Shown here: piece by piece, positions 8,874-17,128 of the stretch
Position numbering within the stretch: the first letter of the stretch is position 1
Layout of the letters: the number at the start of each line of letters is the position of its first letter
From: Chloroflexota bacterium
GTDB lineage: Bacteria > Bacteroidota > Bacteroidia > Bacteroidales > VadinHA17
Direction: 5' to 3'
Assembly (NCBI GenBank): GCA_050259395.1
Contig: JBLNAO010000161.1
Location: 1 to 33,546 of the forward strand
Length of the DNA: 33,546 nucleotides
Notes under the pieces: generated by a model
The model's input: only the letters and a program-made list of their open reading frames with translations
Database searches by the model: none
Told to the model about the DNA's origin: nothing
Made by a program: the position numbers and the translations under genes

Positions 8874-9785
8874 TCAGGGATTTAGTGGAGCAGTTTTACC
8901 GGCAACGGAGAGCTTGTATGCAACAACACAGTTTTTGAAGAAAGCAGGTACAATCAAAAGGCTTTCTTCCGGAATGAACTCGATATCAGCGGTATTCATT
9001 TGTATCTTCTTGGTGTTCAGCAGTGTAGTTTTGCTGAAGTCAGGGTTGATCAAAAATATTTGACCATCCCAGTCTGTTACAAGATAATACCCGGGAATAC
9101 CGGTGTATGCAATGCCGTCAGCGTGTGTTACACTGTCGGTCAGCACCGTGAATTGCTTGTTGACAACATTGATCGATGCAAAATTGTTTGCCCCCTGTGA
9201 GGCAATGTATAAAGTGTCACCAAGCAAAAGCAGGCCATCAGGGCCAAGAAGGCCTTCAGCCAGCCATTCGTCGACCTTGCCTCCGTGAAGCCTGAATATC
9301 CTGTTCGCATCTGTATCTGAGAAATATATGTTACCGTTGTCGTCTGAGGTCATGTCATTGAGCATCCGGCTGCCTTCAATCGCTATCTTTGTTATCACTT
9401 TACCCTGATTGATATCCATCACCGCAATCTCATCCACATCTGCAGCGTACAGGGTGTCACCAACTATTGTCATTCCCTTTGGCGAACTCAGGCCTTCGAT
9501 CCATCTCAGCTCGATGATTTTCCCGTTTTTGTCAATTTTTGAAATGAAGCCGTTTGCATCCTTCATTCTCGGTTCCATATTCACGTTCGAAACATAAAGG
9601 ATATCTCTTTTTTTGTCATAGATGACTGACTCGGGTGTAAGCAGAACTGTATCGGTTCGCCAAACTTCTTTGACTGTGAATTTTTTAACAGAGTCCTGTT
9701 CGGTATTTTCTGTTGTCCTGCTGCCTACGTTACACGATGTGAACGCAACAGCAACAGCGAGGATTGCCAGCAGCTTCATTTTCAT
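8874..9785 (-). CDS. SMP-30/gluconolactonase-like beta-propeller lipoprotein (often annotated ATP/GTP-binding protein)
   Basis: Lipoprotein signal MKMKLLAILAVAVAFTSC; blades PESVIYD..LYVSN, SPKGM, LNDMT..GNIYFSD, PDGL, ADGI. Start set at 9785 because the promoter -7 element overlaps the longer ORF start. Confidence 0.8.
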   Translation of the reverse strand: MKMKLLAILAVAVAFTSCNVGSRTTENTEQDSVKKFTVKEVWRTDTVLLTPESVIYDKKRDILYVSNVNMEPRMKDANGFISKIDKNGKIIELRWIEGLSSPKGMTIVGDTLYAADVDEIAVMDINQGKVITKIAIEGSRMLNDMTSDDNGNIYFSDTDANRIFRLHGGKVDEWLAEGLLGPDGLLLLGDTLYIASQGANNFASINVVNKQFTVLTDSVTHADGIAYTGIPGYYLVTDWDGQIFLINPDFSKTTLLNTKKIQMNTADIEFIPEESLLIVPAFFKNCVVAYKLSVAGKTAPLNP

Positions 9786-9803
9786 ATCCCTGATTATTAT
9801 ATG

Positions 9804-9811
9804 CAAAGATA
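9804..9811 (-). promoter_or_regulatory. Bacteroidota sigma-A -7 element for the beta-propeller lipoprotein gene
   Basis: Minus strand TATCTTTG(CA) matches TAnnTTTG, about 19 nt upstream of ATG 9785. Confidence 0.7.
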
Positions 9812-9826
9812 CGAAATCAGAGGCAT

Positions 9827-11068
9827 TTATTTGGTGAAATCGACTGTTAATGAGGGGTTTTTGCTTTCAAGGGTAACCTCCCTGGAGACTCCGTTAACAG
9901 TTACCTTATACCTGCCATAGAATGCATCAGTTGAATAAATCCCCTTCTTGCCGGCTGTTCCTGATCCGTTGGTCCACCATTCCTTAAAAATAAGATCCCT
10001 GTATGCCTCTGCTGCAGGTGTCGGAGTCCAGTCTCTCTTGTATAGCGAAGAAACAGGTATCCAGTTTGCCCCTTCCCAGAATCCCCACATAAGGATTCCT
10101 TTAACGGCAGGATGAGCAAAGCATATCCGGTAATAATCCGTGAGTTCTTTTGCCTTCACGGCCTCTTCTTCGGCGGTCATTACAGTTATTTTTTCCCTGT
10201 AATATTTTGATCTTTGCCCGGGGATGTTGAATTCGGTGATCCTTACCGGCAGCCCGAAGGTGTAAAGCGAATCGAGGGCTCTTCTGAGCTCAGTCCTGTC
10301 GAAGGTCTCGGCATGAAGGTGCCCCTGCGCGCCGATGCCTGCAACAGGAACACCCTGCGCGAGGAGTTTCCTTATGTGAGCCATGTATCTGTCGAGCATG
10401 TTGCCTGTAAGAACATCATAATCGTTAAGAAACAGTTTGGCGCCAGGGTCCCCGTTATGTGCCCATTCAGCCATCAGCCTGGTTATCTCAGGGCCAAGCC
10501 TGTCTTCATAATAGTTGCCATGAATCATCTCGTTGTTCAGGTCGTACTCGGCGAACCGTCCTTTATAATTCGAAGTTATGGATTCCCCTCTTCTTTGCAG
10601 GGTTTGGCTCAATTCTGCATCATCCAGGGCTTTTACCCAGGGTTGCACGAACTGTGGTATTCCCCAAAACAGGTTATGGCCACGAAGAGGGATATGGTTT
10701 TCCTCTGTCCATTTCAGGATGGCATCGACAACTGAATAATTCACCTTGCCCTTCTCTCTTTCCATATCGGGCCATTTTACGGCATTTTCAGTAACGGCTG
10801 AGTTGAAATTCAAAAGGAATTTTTCCTTATACTGTTTGATGTCATTTTCGGACCACCTGTCACCCACCATGCCGTTGCTGATTGCACAACCAAACCAGAA
10901 CTCGTGACTGAGCTGCCCGACAGTAACCTTATCGCCTTTTTTTGCGATGACCGTTATAATGCCTTTGCGGTATTTTGCTATTGAATCGTTTATCCCGGGA
11001 AACTGGGCATGCGCCTGGTTTATGGCAAAAAGAAAAATACAAACGAACAGCAAATTGCTCTTTTTCAT
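9827..11068 (-). CDS. Glycoside hydrolase family 10 (endo-1,4-beta-xylanase-like), secreted
   Basis: Signal peptide; motifs TENAVKW, LRGHNLFW, YDLNNE (acid/base Glu), LFLNDY, GIGAQGH, ITEF (nucleophile Glu), MWGFW. Confidence 0.92.
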   Translation of the reverse strand: MKKSNLLFVCIFLFAINQAHAQFPGINDSIAKYRKGIITVIAKKGDKVTVGQLSHEFWFGCAISNGMVGDRWSENDIKQYKEKFLLNFNSAVTENAVKWPDMEREKGKVNYSVVDAILKWTEENHIPLRGHNLFWGIPQFVQPWVKALDDAELSQTLQRRGESITSNYKGRFAEYDLNNEMIHGNYYEDRLGPEITRLMAEWAHNGDPGAKLFLNDYDVLTGNMLDRYMAHIRKLLAQGVPVAGIGAQGHLHAETFDRTELRRALDSLYTFGLPVRITEFNIPGQRSKYYREKITVMTAEEEAVKAKELTDYYRICFAHPAVKGILMWGFWEGANWIPVSSLYKRDWTPTPAAEAYRDLIFKEWWTNGSGTAGKKGIYSTDAFYGRYKVTVNGVSREVTLESKNPSLTVDFTK

Positions 11069-11111
11069 AAGTTAAGGTTAAGTTCTATGGATTAAAGGTA
11101 GTTTTTAGCAA

Positions 11112-11990
11112 TTACTTCTCACAGATTTCTTTGAGCTTTTCAAGCGCTTTTGGCCAGGTTTCAGTGAAATACCCCATGAACTGTGTGTTTGCATCGATAT
11201 CAACCCCGACAATCGTTCTGCCGGCCCTGGAATGAAACGTATAATTTTCGAGCGCTCCCTGCCAGTCGTCGACATCAGGACCGCAGGTGATCTCGACTCC
11301 ATTCTTCAGAATACCAAGATGTTCTATGCTTACAAATTTGCCGGGGATGTTCTCTTTCATCCTGCTTACCATGCCTTCTTCTTTTCCTTCTTTGCCTGTA
11401 CCGGTAAAGAGTATTTTCGAGCCCTTTTTCCATGACCCTTTGAAATGCGAATCAGGGTTAAAAACTGATGTCCATTCCCTGTAAGTGCTCTCATCGAGCA
11501 TTGTGTGGTAAACTGTTTCGGCATCCCTGTTTATTTCTGTTTCGAAGTGAAGCATCTGACCTGGGTATGGTGATTCCACATACCTTTTGAAATTATCGAG
11601 AATTGCCTGCCACCCTTCCTGTTGCCTTTCAGGAGAGTTAACGGCTTCTGTTTCGAATATTTCAGTGACCCTTGTGCCGGTTCCCTTGAAATCGAAGGTA
11701 ACGCGCACCCTTCTCCCGTCTGCCAGTGAGTATTCGATGATTTTATATAATTCCAGGCTGTTATATGTGCCGGTGAAATCAAACCCCTCCCTTCCGTCCT
11801 TTGATTCCATGCGGGCAAGGAATTTACCGCCGACACGCAGATCATTTTCCGCATATGTTGTGTGCCAGTCTATCGAAGCGAAATTCCAGTGTACGATATG
11901 CCGTGGTTCTGTCCAGATGTCCCACACTTTTTCTACCGGGGCAATTACAATTGTTTCAACGGTTATTTTTGTTTTTGCGATTGTTTCCAT
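11112..11990 (-). CDS. Tandem SRPBCC (START/AHSA1-like) domain protein
   Basis: Two SRPBCC-like halves: APVEKVWDIWTEP..NDLRVGG..QQEGWQAILDNFKRY and INRDAETVYHTM..YREW..WPKALEKLKEICE. Confidence 0.88.
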   Translation of the reverse strand: METIAKTKITVETIVIAPVEKVWDIWTEPRHIVHWNFASIDWHTTYAENDLRVGGKFLARMESKDGREGFDFTGTYNSLELYKIIEYSLADGRRVRVTFDFKGTGTRVTEIFETEAVNSPERQQEGWQAILDNFKRYVESPYPGQMLHFETEINRDAETVYHTMLDESTYREWTSVFNPDSHFKGSWKKGSKILFTGTGKEGKEEGMVSRMKENIPGKFVSIEHLGILKNGVEITCGPDVDDWQGALENYTFHSRAGRTIVGVDIDANTQFMGYFTETWPKALEKLKEICEK

Positions 11991-12044
11991 GGAGCTGTTT
12001 TTTTAGATGAGAAATATGTCATTAGTAATGCATTTAACAATGCA

Positions 12045-14027
12045 TCATAATGATTGTTCGTCGAACATGATTCTTGCCTTTTCCACCTGGTGGGGATCAC
12101 CCATGACGTATGCAATATCCTTCTTGTGGAAAATTGTATCAGGCACAGGATGCTCAATAATCAGATCGCCTCTTTTGATTGCAAGAAGGGTAACACCTGA
12201 TTTCTTCCTCAGCTCAATGCCTGCAGGAGACTTTCCTTCCGCAACTGAGCCCTCCCTGACTTCTATTTTTGAAATGCCGATATCTGAAAACTCCTCAAGG
12301 ATTGTCGATTTGATTCCTGTGTCATTCCTGTTGAAGACCCCGAGATTGCTGACCCGGATATGTCTTATCATCCTGTTTATTTCCTTACCGGGAACATCAC
12401 GCCTTATCAGGATCCTGTTCAACATGTCGATTGCAATCTCGAGCTTTTCCGGCAACACCTGGTCAGCGCCGGCTTTGTAAAGCTGACCGATATTCTGCAT
12501 AAGGGGCGACCGCACCAGTATGTATGCATCGTTGTTGAGTCCCCGTACCTTTTCGATAATTGACATGGATGGAATGATGCTTCCGACAGAAATGACTACT
12601 ATGTCGGCTGTGTCCGCATGAGCTTTTTTCAGGACCGGCTCATTCACTGCATCACCGTAAACGACCATGTCGCCTGCTTTCATCTTTTCGCGGGCAAGCG
12701 CTGGATCAAACACTATCGAGATATGCCTCAAATTGTTCTCTTTTGCCATGGAAGAGAGCTTCAGGGCACTTGCATCTTTTCCAATTACAACAAGATGATT
12801 CCTGAAGTCGGGAATTTCAATCTCCTTCAGCGGGAACAATCCATTCACAAGGTAATCCGGTAAAGGCAGAGTGATAAGCATCCTGTATAACGGCAAAGAA
12901 AATTTTATCAGAAAGGGTGTTATTGCAATCGTGATAACCGCGACCGCAAGAAATAACTGGTAATAGAAATCAGAGAGGATTTTGTAATCGAATCCCATCT
13001 TGGCGAGAATGAAGGAAAACTCACCCACCTGGCTGAGCGATAGACCAATGAGCAACGTTCCATGAAGAGTGTGCCCCAGGATGAAGCCGGTGCCACCGGC
13101 AATGATTAGCTTAAAAAAAATGACCAGGAATACAGAAATGATCACAACGGGAAGGTTGCTGTAAACGAAAGAAATATCCAGGAGCATTCCTATTGAAACA
13201 AAAAAGAAACTTGCAAAAATGTCCTTTATAGGAAGGAAGTTTCCGAACACATTATGGCTGTATTCAGATTCAGAAATCATCAGCCCGGCCAGAAAAGCCC
13301 CGAAAGCAAGCGACATTCCCAGCTTTGATGTGAGAAGGGCAATTGCAAAGCAGATGAGGAAGATGCTCATCAGAAAGAGCTCCTGGTTCCTGGTGGAGGC
13401 TATTATATGAAGAATCCTCGGAAGCACCCACCTGTTTCCCACGTAGACAAGTCCTATTATTACGATTACTTTAAGAGTTAAAATTGCTATCTCCCTCGGT
13501 ATGTTTATGGAGTTATCGGCAAGAAGGTTTGTGAACAGAAGAAGAGGGACCAGCAGCAGATCCTGGAAGATCAGTATGCCCAGGACAGTTCTTCCATAGT
13601 TCGACGTAATCTCAGATCGCTCCTGAAGGAGCTTCATCACAAGCGCAGAGCTGCTCAGGGCGACCAGAAAGCCCACGAAGAGCCGCGATTGCCAGGTCAT
13701 TTCATAAAAATAGGATACCAGGAAAAAAATTCCGGCAGTTAGAAAAACCTGTATGAAGCCACCGACAAACACGATCTTTCTAATTTTCAGCAGATGCTGC
13801 AACGAGAACTCCATTCCAATTGTGAAGAGCAGCATCACGACGCCTATCCCGGCAAGCATCTCAATCTCGTTCTTGTTGCCGGCAAGCGAGAGCAGATGTG
13901 GCCCGGCAATAATACCGGTCAGAAGATATCCGACAACTGTAGGAACCTTGATCCTTGTAAAGATGAGATTTACAAAGATTGAGAGGGCAAATACTATTAC
14001 TATGCCTTTTAGTATTTCAATATCCAT
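12045..14027 (-). CDS. CPA2 family cation:proton antiporter (Kef-type) with RCK_N/TrkA_N and RCK_C/TrkA_C domains
   Basis: Many hydrophobic segments; GVVMLLFTIGMEFS, ALSSS, GILIFQD, GAFLAG, FFVSIGM, SQVGEFSFI; C-terminal YGDA..GAD..V.P and GVTLLAIKRG. Confidence 0.93.
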   Translation of the reverse strand: MDIEILKGIVIVFALSIFVNLIFTRIKVPTVVGYLLTGIIAGPHLLSLAGNKNEIEMLAGIGVVMLLFTIGMEFSLQHLLKIRKIVFVGGFIQVFLTAGIFFLVSYFYEMTWQSRLFVGFLVALSSSALVMKLLQERSEITSNYGRTVLGILIFQDLLLVPLLLFTNLLADNSINIPREIAILTLKVIVIIGLVYVGNRWVLPRILHIIASTRNQELFLMSIFLICFAIALLTSKLGMSLAFGAFLAGLMISESEYSHNVFGNFLPIKDIFASFFFVSIGMLLDISFVYSNLPVVIISVFLVIFFKLIIAGGTGFILGHTLHGTLLIGLSLSQVGEFSFILAKMGFDYKILSDFYYQLFLAVAVITIAITPFLIKFSLPLYRMLITLPLPDYLVNGLFPLKEIEIPDFRNHLVVIGKDASALKLSSMAKENNLRHISIVFDPALAREKMKAGDMVVYGDAVNEPVLKKAHADTADIVVISVGSIIPSMSIIEKVRGLNNDAYILVRSPLMQNIGQLYKAGADQVLPEKLEIAIDMLNRILIRRDVPGKEINRMIRHIRVSNLGVFNRNDTGIKSTILEEFSDIGISKIEVREGSVAEGKSPAGIELRKKSGVTLLAIKRGDLIIEHPVPDTIFHKKDIAYVMGDPHQVEKARIMFDEQSL

Positions 14028-14167
14028 TTTTAGGGATGGCCTTTTCAGTTAAATGTAAAAGTAAGAAAAACCGGTAAGAATACATGTGAACTCACTCTCA
14101 GATCACCATCGGGATCACGAACTCACCCCTCGGTCCTCCTCTCTGCTAAAAGCATAGAAGGGGATGC

Positions 14168-14881
14168 CTATGGTAGAAATTTTATCAGATTACCGGTGCC
14201 TTTTGCCTCCCTGATATCGGTCACAGGATCGCCTTGATAATAAATATTACCCGGGCCCCAGATGTATGCGACCAGGCGTTCCGAGGCATTAACGTAAACA
14301 TCGCCTGCTGATTCGTTTGTGATATCGGCATATCTGCATGAAAGGCCGTCCGCAAGGACACTGCTCCCATAACGGTTGAATACAATAAGTGTTTCCACTC
14401 TGCCGCTCAGTTTAACGAATCCAAGGGTATTGGCTGAATTGCAAAAGATGAACAGATTACAATCGAGAACCAGCGATGCTTCTGCTATTTCACCTATACC
14501 GTCCCATGAGAGACGGTCGGCTTTCAGGACTCCTTTATTAGTCAGGTTTACAGGATCATACGTGACAAGATAGTCGAGTCTCGTGAAGTGAAGTTCGATT
14601 GTGTTCTTCCCCGGATTCATGGAAAAACCGCCACCGTCGTCTATCACAAGCGTATCATTTAACACACCTGCCTTTATTGATGAAATATTGTTGCTCCCGG
14701 ATATTATAATCCTGTCAGTCGAATCCTGTACAAGAACCAGGTCGCAAATTCCCTTTATCCTTGCTGAGCTGAATTCTCCTGGCAGGATGGTGCGGGTTTC
14801 TTCACTGTCATTAAAAAGGATCTTCTGACATGAGGACATCATAACCAGCACAGCAATACAATATGTGAATAATCCTCTCAT
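14168..14881 (-). CDS. DUF2807 / head GIN domain-containing lipoprotein
   Basis: Lipobox VMMSSC after Met 14881; beta-helix-like repeats ending GDVYVNASERLVAYIWGPGNIYYQGDP...GTGNLIK. Confidence 0.82.
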   Translation of the reverse strand: MRGLFTYCIAVLVMMSSCQKILFNDSEETRTILPGEFSSARIKGICDLVLVQDSTDRIIISGSNNISSIKAGVLNDTLVIDDGGGFSMNPGKNTIELHFTRLDYLVTYDPVNLTNKGVLKADRLSWDGIGEIAEASLVLDCNLFIFCNSANTLGFVKLSGRVETLIVFNRYGSSVLADGLSCRYADITNESAGDVYVNASERLVAYIWGPGNIYYQGDPVTDIREAKGTGNLIKFLP

Positions 14882-14885
14882 CGGC

Positions 14886-15980
14886 TTACCAGGCGTATCC
14901 AAGGCCATATTCGATTGCATCAGCCTTGCCCCAGTGCGATCTTACGGATACTGAAGCGCAGATGTTGTCAGTGAATAAATACTGCAGTGATATCTTATTG
15001 TAAATGTTTGTGAGCACGGTGAATTTTGAATAGAGATAATAACCTGCCTGAACACCTCCCTGGAATCTTTTATACCTGAGAGCATATGATCCATGAATGC
15101 CAAAGCGCATCAGCTTAACAGGATCATTCCCGATTGGCAGTCCTTCTTTTTCCGCAAGACCTTCAGCAATGGACCCGTCATAGAATATGTCGGCGCCAAG
15201 ACCAGCTTTGCCGGTGTGGTTAACATAGCGCTCGAGATTGTACGAGAGTGTGGAAGAAACATACCGGTTATTCAGCAAATTATCGTACACCTTCGGCCCG
15301 GCAGAGAAGATCACGGAATGCATGAGCTTTTTGCTGATTGGCGGAATCTCAGGGTCAGACTTCTGGAAGTTATTATGATTAAACAAGTAGTTCATTCCCA
15401 ATGATATTGAGGCAGTATTTATCCCGTAATTTGGAGAACGGGTTTTCCCGTTCGAGAAGTGGGTGGTTCCTGCCTCCATTATGAATTCAGTACGCGATGT
15501 CAGCTTTACCCTGGCATCGAAGCCCAGCCTGATATAGAGATTTGAAGAGGATCCTATTGCCCTGTTCAGATGATTCTCATAAACATCGAACTTCAGGGGA
15601 ATTATTGCTGCCCCGGCTGAAGGCTGTACATTAAAACTTATTTTTTGAGATTTCCTGATAACGGGAATGCTGATGAATCCATAGATAGCATGTGCATTTC
15701 CAAGAATATCACGGTTTCCCAGGGTCCAGAAGCTGTATCCGAAACCCGGACGCGGATAGTGGTAAAGCTTTTCCCACTGATCTTTTCCGGAAGCCGGAAA
15801 GCTGAAGGAGATGTCAAAGGCATACAGATCTTCCTCAATCAGGTAATCGAGAGCCTTGTAGAAAGGGAGATTCAGCCCGGCATGGATTTTAGATTCGATT
15901 ATGAAGGGTTTTCTGACATGCTGTGCTTCAGCTGACAGACCTGCAAGTATCAATAGTATTAAAAAAAAATTGCCTCTCAT
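14886..15980 (-). CDS. Acyloxyacyl hydrolase / lipid A 3-O-deacylase (PagL-like) outer-membrane beta-barrel
   Basis: Signal peptide from Met 15980; NRAIGS..N and THFSNG..PNYGIN (PagL-type H-x-S-N motif); amphipathic strands; terminal GLGYAW. Confidence 0.82.
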   Translation of the reverse strand: MRGNFFLILLILAGLSAEAQHVRKPFIIESKIHAGLNLPFYKALDYLIEEDLYAFDISFSFPASGKDQWEKLYHYPRPGFGYSFWTLGNRDILGNAHAIYGFISIPVIRKSQKISFNVQPSAGAAIIPLKFDVYENHLNRAIGSSSNLYIRLGFDARVKLTSRTEFIMEAGTTHFSNGKTRSPNYGINTASISLGMNYLFNHNNFQKSDPEIPPISKKLMHSVIFSAGPKVYDNLLNNRYVSSTLSYNLERYVNHTGKAGLGADIFYDGSIAEGLAEKEGLPIGNDPVKLMRFGIHGSYALRYKRFQGGVQAGYYLYSKFTVLTNIYNKISLQYLFTDNICASVSVRSHWGKADAIEYGLGYAW

Positions 15981-15998
15981 CCGGAACCGTGATGGAGG

Positions 15999-16006
15999 CA
16001 AAGTTA
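15999..16006 (-). promoter_or_regulatory. Sigma-A -7 element for the PagL-like/DUF2807 pair
   Basis: Minus strand TAACTTTG(C) matches TAnnTTTG, about 19 nt upstream of ATG 15980. Confidence 0.65.
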
Positions 16007-16016
16007 AGATTTTAAG

Positions 16017-16955
16017 TCAACGGCTTACAGGAGCGTACACAATTCCATTTTTTGCCAGATAATCTGCAAGCGGCTCCAGTCCGGCCTCCTTCCTCCATTG
16101 ATCTGTCTTTGACGGATCTTCAAGAGGATAGAGCTCGGTCTTACCTGTTTTCTCGTTGTATACAGTATGTGTACCGTACCTTTGAGGTATCCTCTCATTA
16201 GTGCACATCCTGTCGTACATCATCGCATATCTTTCCCATTGCAGCTCTTTCTCCTCGCACATCTTCTTTACGTCCGGCAGATATTTTTTTTGCATTGAGC
16301 CATTCGAATGCTGTACCACCAGGTATGCTGCCATTGCGGCTTCTCTTCCAACATTTCCGACCCTTGGCCATCCTCTTGCTTCAAGCAAAGCTGCAAGTTC
16401 CTGCTGATTTTTTTCTGAAACTATGAGTTTGGCGCGCCAGAGTGCAGAAGTTACAGAAGATCTCATTGCGAGCTTTCTGCCTGCGATCATGATCTCGTTA
16501 AAAAATGCCTGGTCATTTGCACTCAGCCTCCAAAGAGCTTTTGCGAATTCAATATCCTTTATCTGGTTTCTAAACTTGACATTCAGCATTGAAACCAAAC
16601 GCTCCTCGAAGACCTTCCATTTCTGATCTTCTCTTGCGGAAAGAAGGCTCGGGTCTGTCAGGGCATTGAATGATGTATCGAGTGTGACTGCAATGTTAAG
16701 ATATTTAAAACAGCTGTCGAATTGCCTGATAATTGAATTATCGATAGAATATGCGCAGGCCAGGTTGTATGAAAACCCTGCATTGTCAGGCTCATATGCG
16801 AGGAGTTTCCTGTATTCTGCAATGGCTTCGGGGATATTTCCTTCAGCATAAAGGCTGTCACCCTTATTGCTGAAATGCTGAACCGGAGGCTGGGCAGTAA
16901 TATTACCCCTTATAAAAAGCAGAAAACCGGCACAAACAATCAATAACTTATTCAT
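16017..16955 (-). CDS. Secreted TPR + DUF6624 domain protein
   Basis: Signal peptide; TPR-like GDSLYAEGNIPEAIAEYRK..YNLACAYS; DUF6624-like DQ..GWP..VG.EA..AAYLVVQHS..YAMMYDR..PQRYGT..D.WR.EAGLEPL.DY. Confidence 0.82.
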   Translation of the reverse strand: MNKLLIVCAGFLLFIRGNITAQPPVQHFSNKGDSLYAEGNIPEAIAEYRKLLAYEPDNAGFSYNLACAYSIDNSIIRQFDSCFKYLNIAVTLDTSFNALTDPSLLSAREDQKWKVFEERLVSMLNVKFRNQIKDIEFAKALWRLSANDQAFFNEIMIAGRKLAMRSSVTSALWRAKLIVSEKNQQELAALLEARGWPRVGNVGREAAMAAYLVVQHSNGSMQKKYLPDVKKMCEEKELQWERYAMMYDRMCTNERIPQRYGTHTVYNEKTGKTELYPLEDPSKTDQWRKEAGLEPLADYLAKNGIVYAPVSR

Positions 16956-16975
16956 TTCGTGATTTAACTTAAGTT

Positions 16976-17005
16976 AAAAAGTCCCGCAGGACAATACCTG
17001 CGGGA
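16976..17005 (-). terminator. Rho-independent terminator downstream of susD
   Basis: Minus strand TCCCGCAGG-tattgt-CCTGCGGGA (9-bp perfect stem) followed by CTTTTTAA. Confidence 0.75.
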
Positions 17006-17128
17006 TCGGACAGTCTTTTCAGATTGTACTGCTGAAAAGTTTGGTCACATAATCATCTCCGCCCTTTGAAGCTGCGGCGATTTTGAAGTATTTATTAATC
17101 CAAACCTCAGATTGATGTATTGTTTTCA

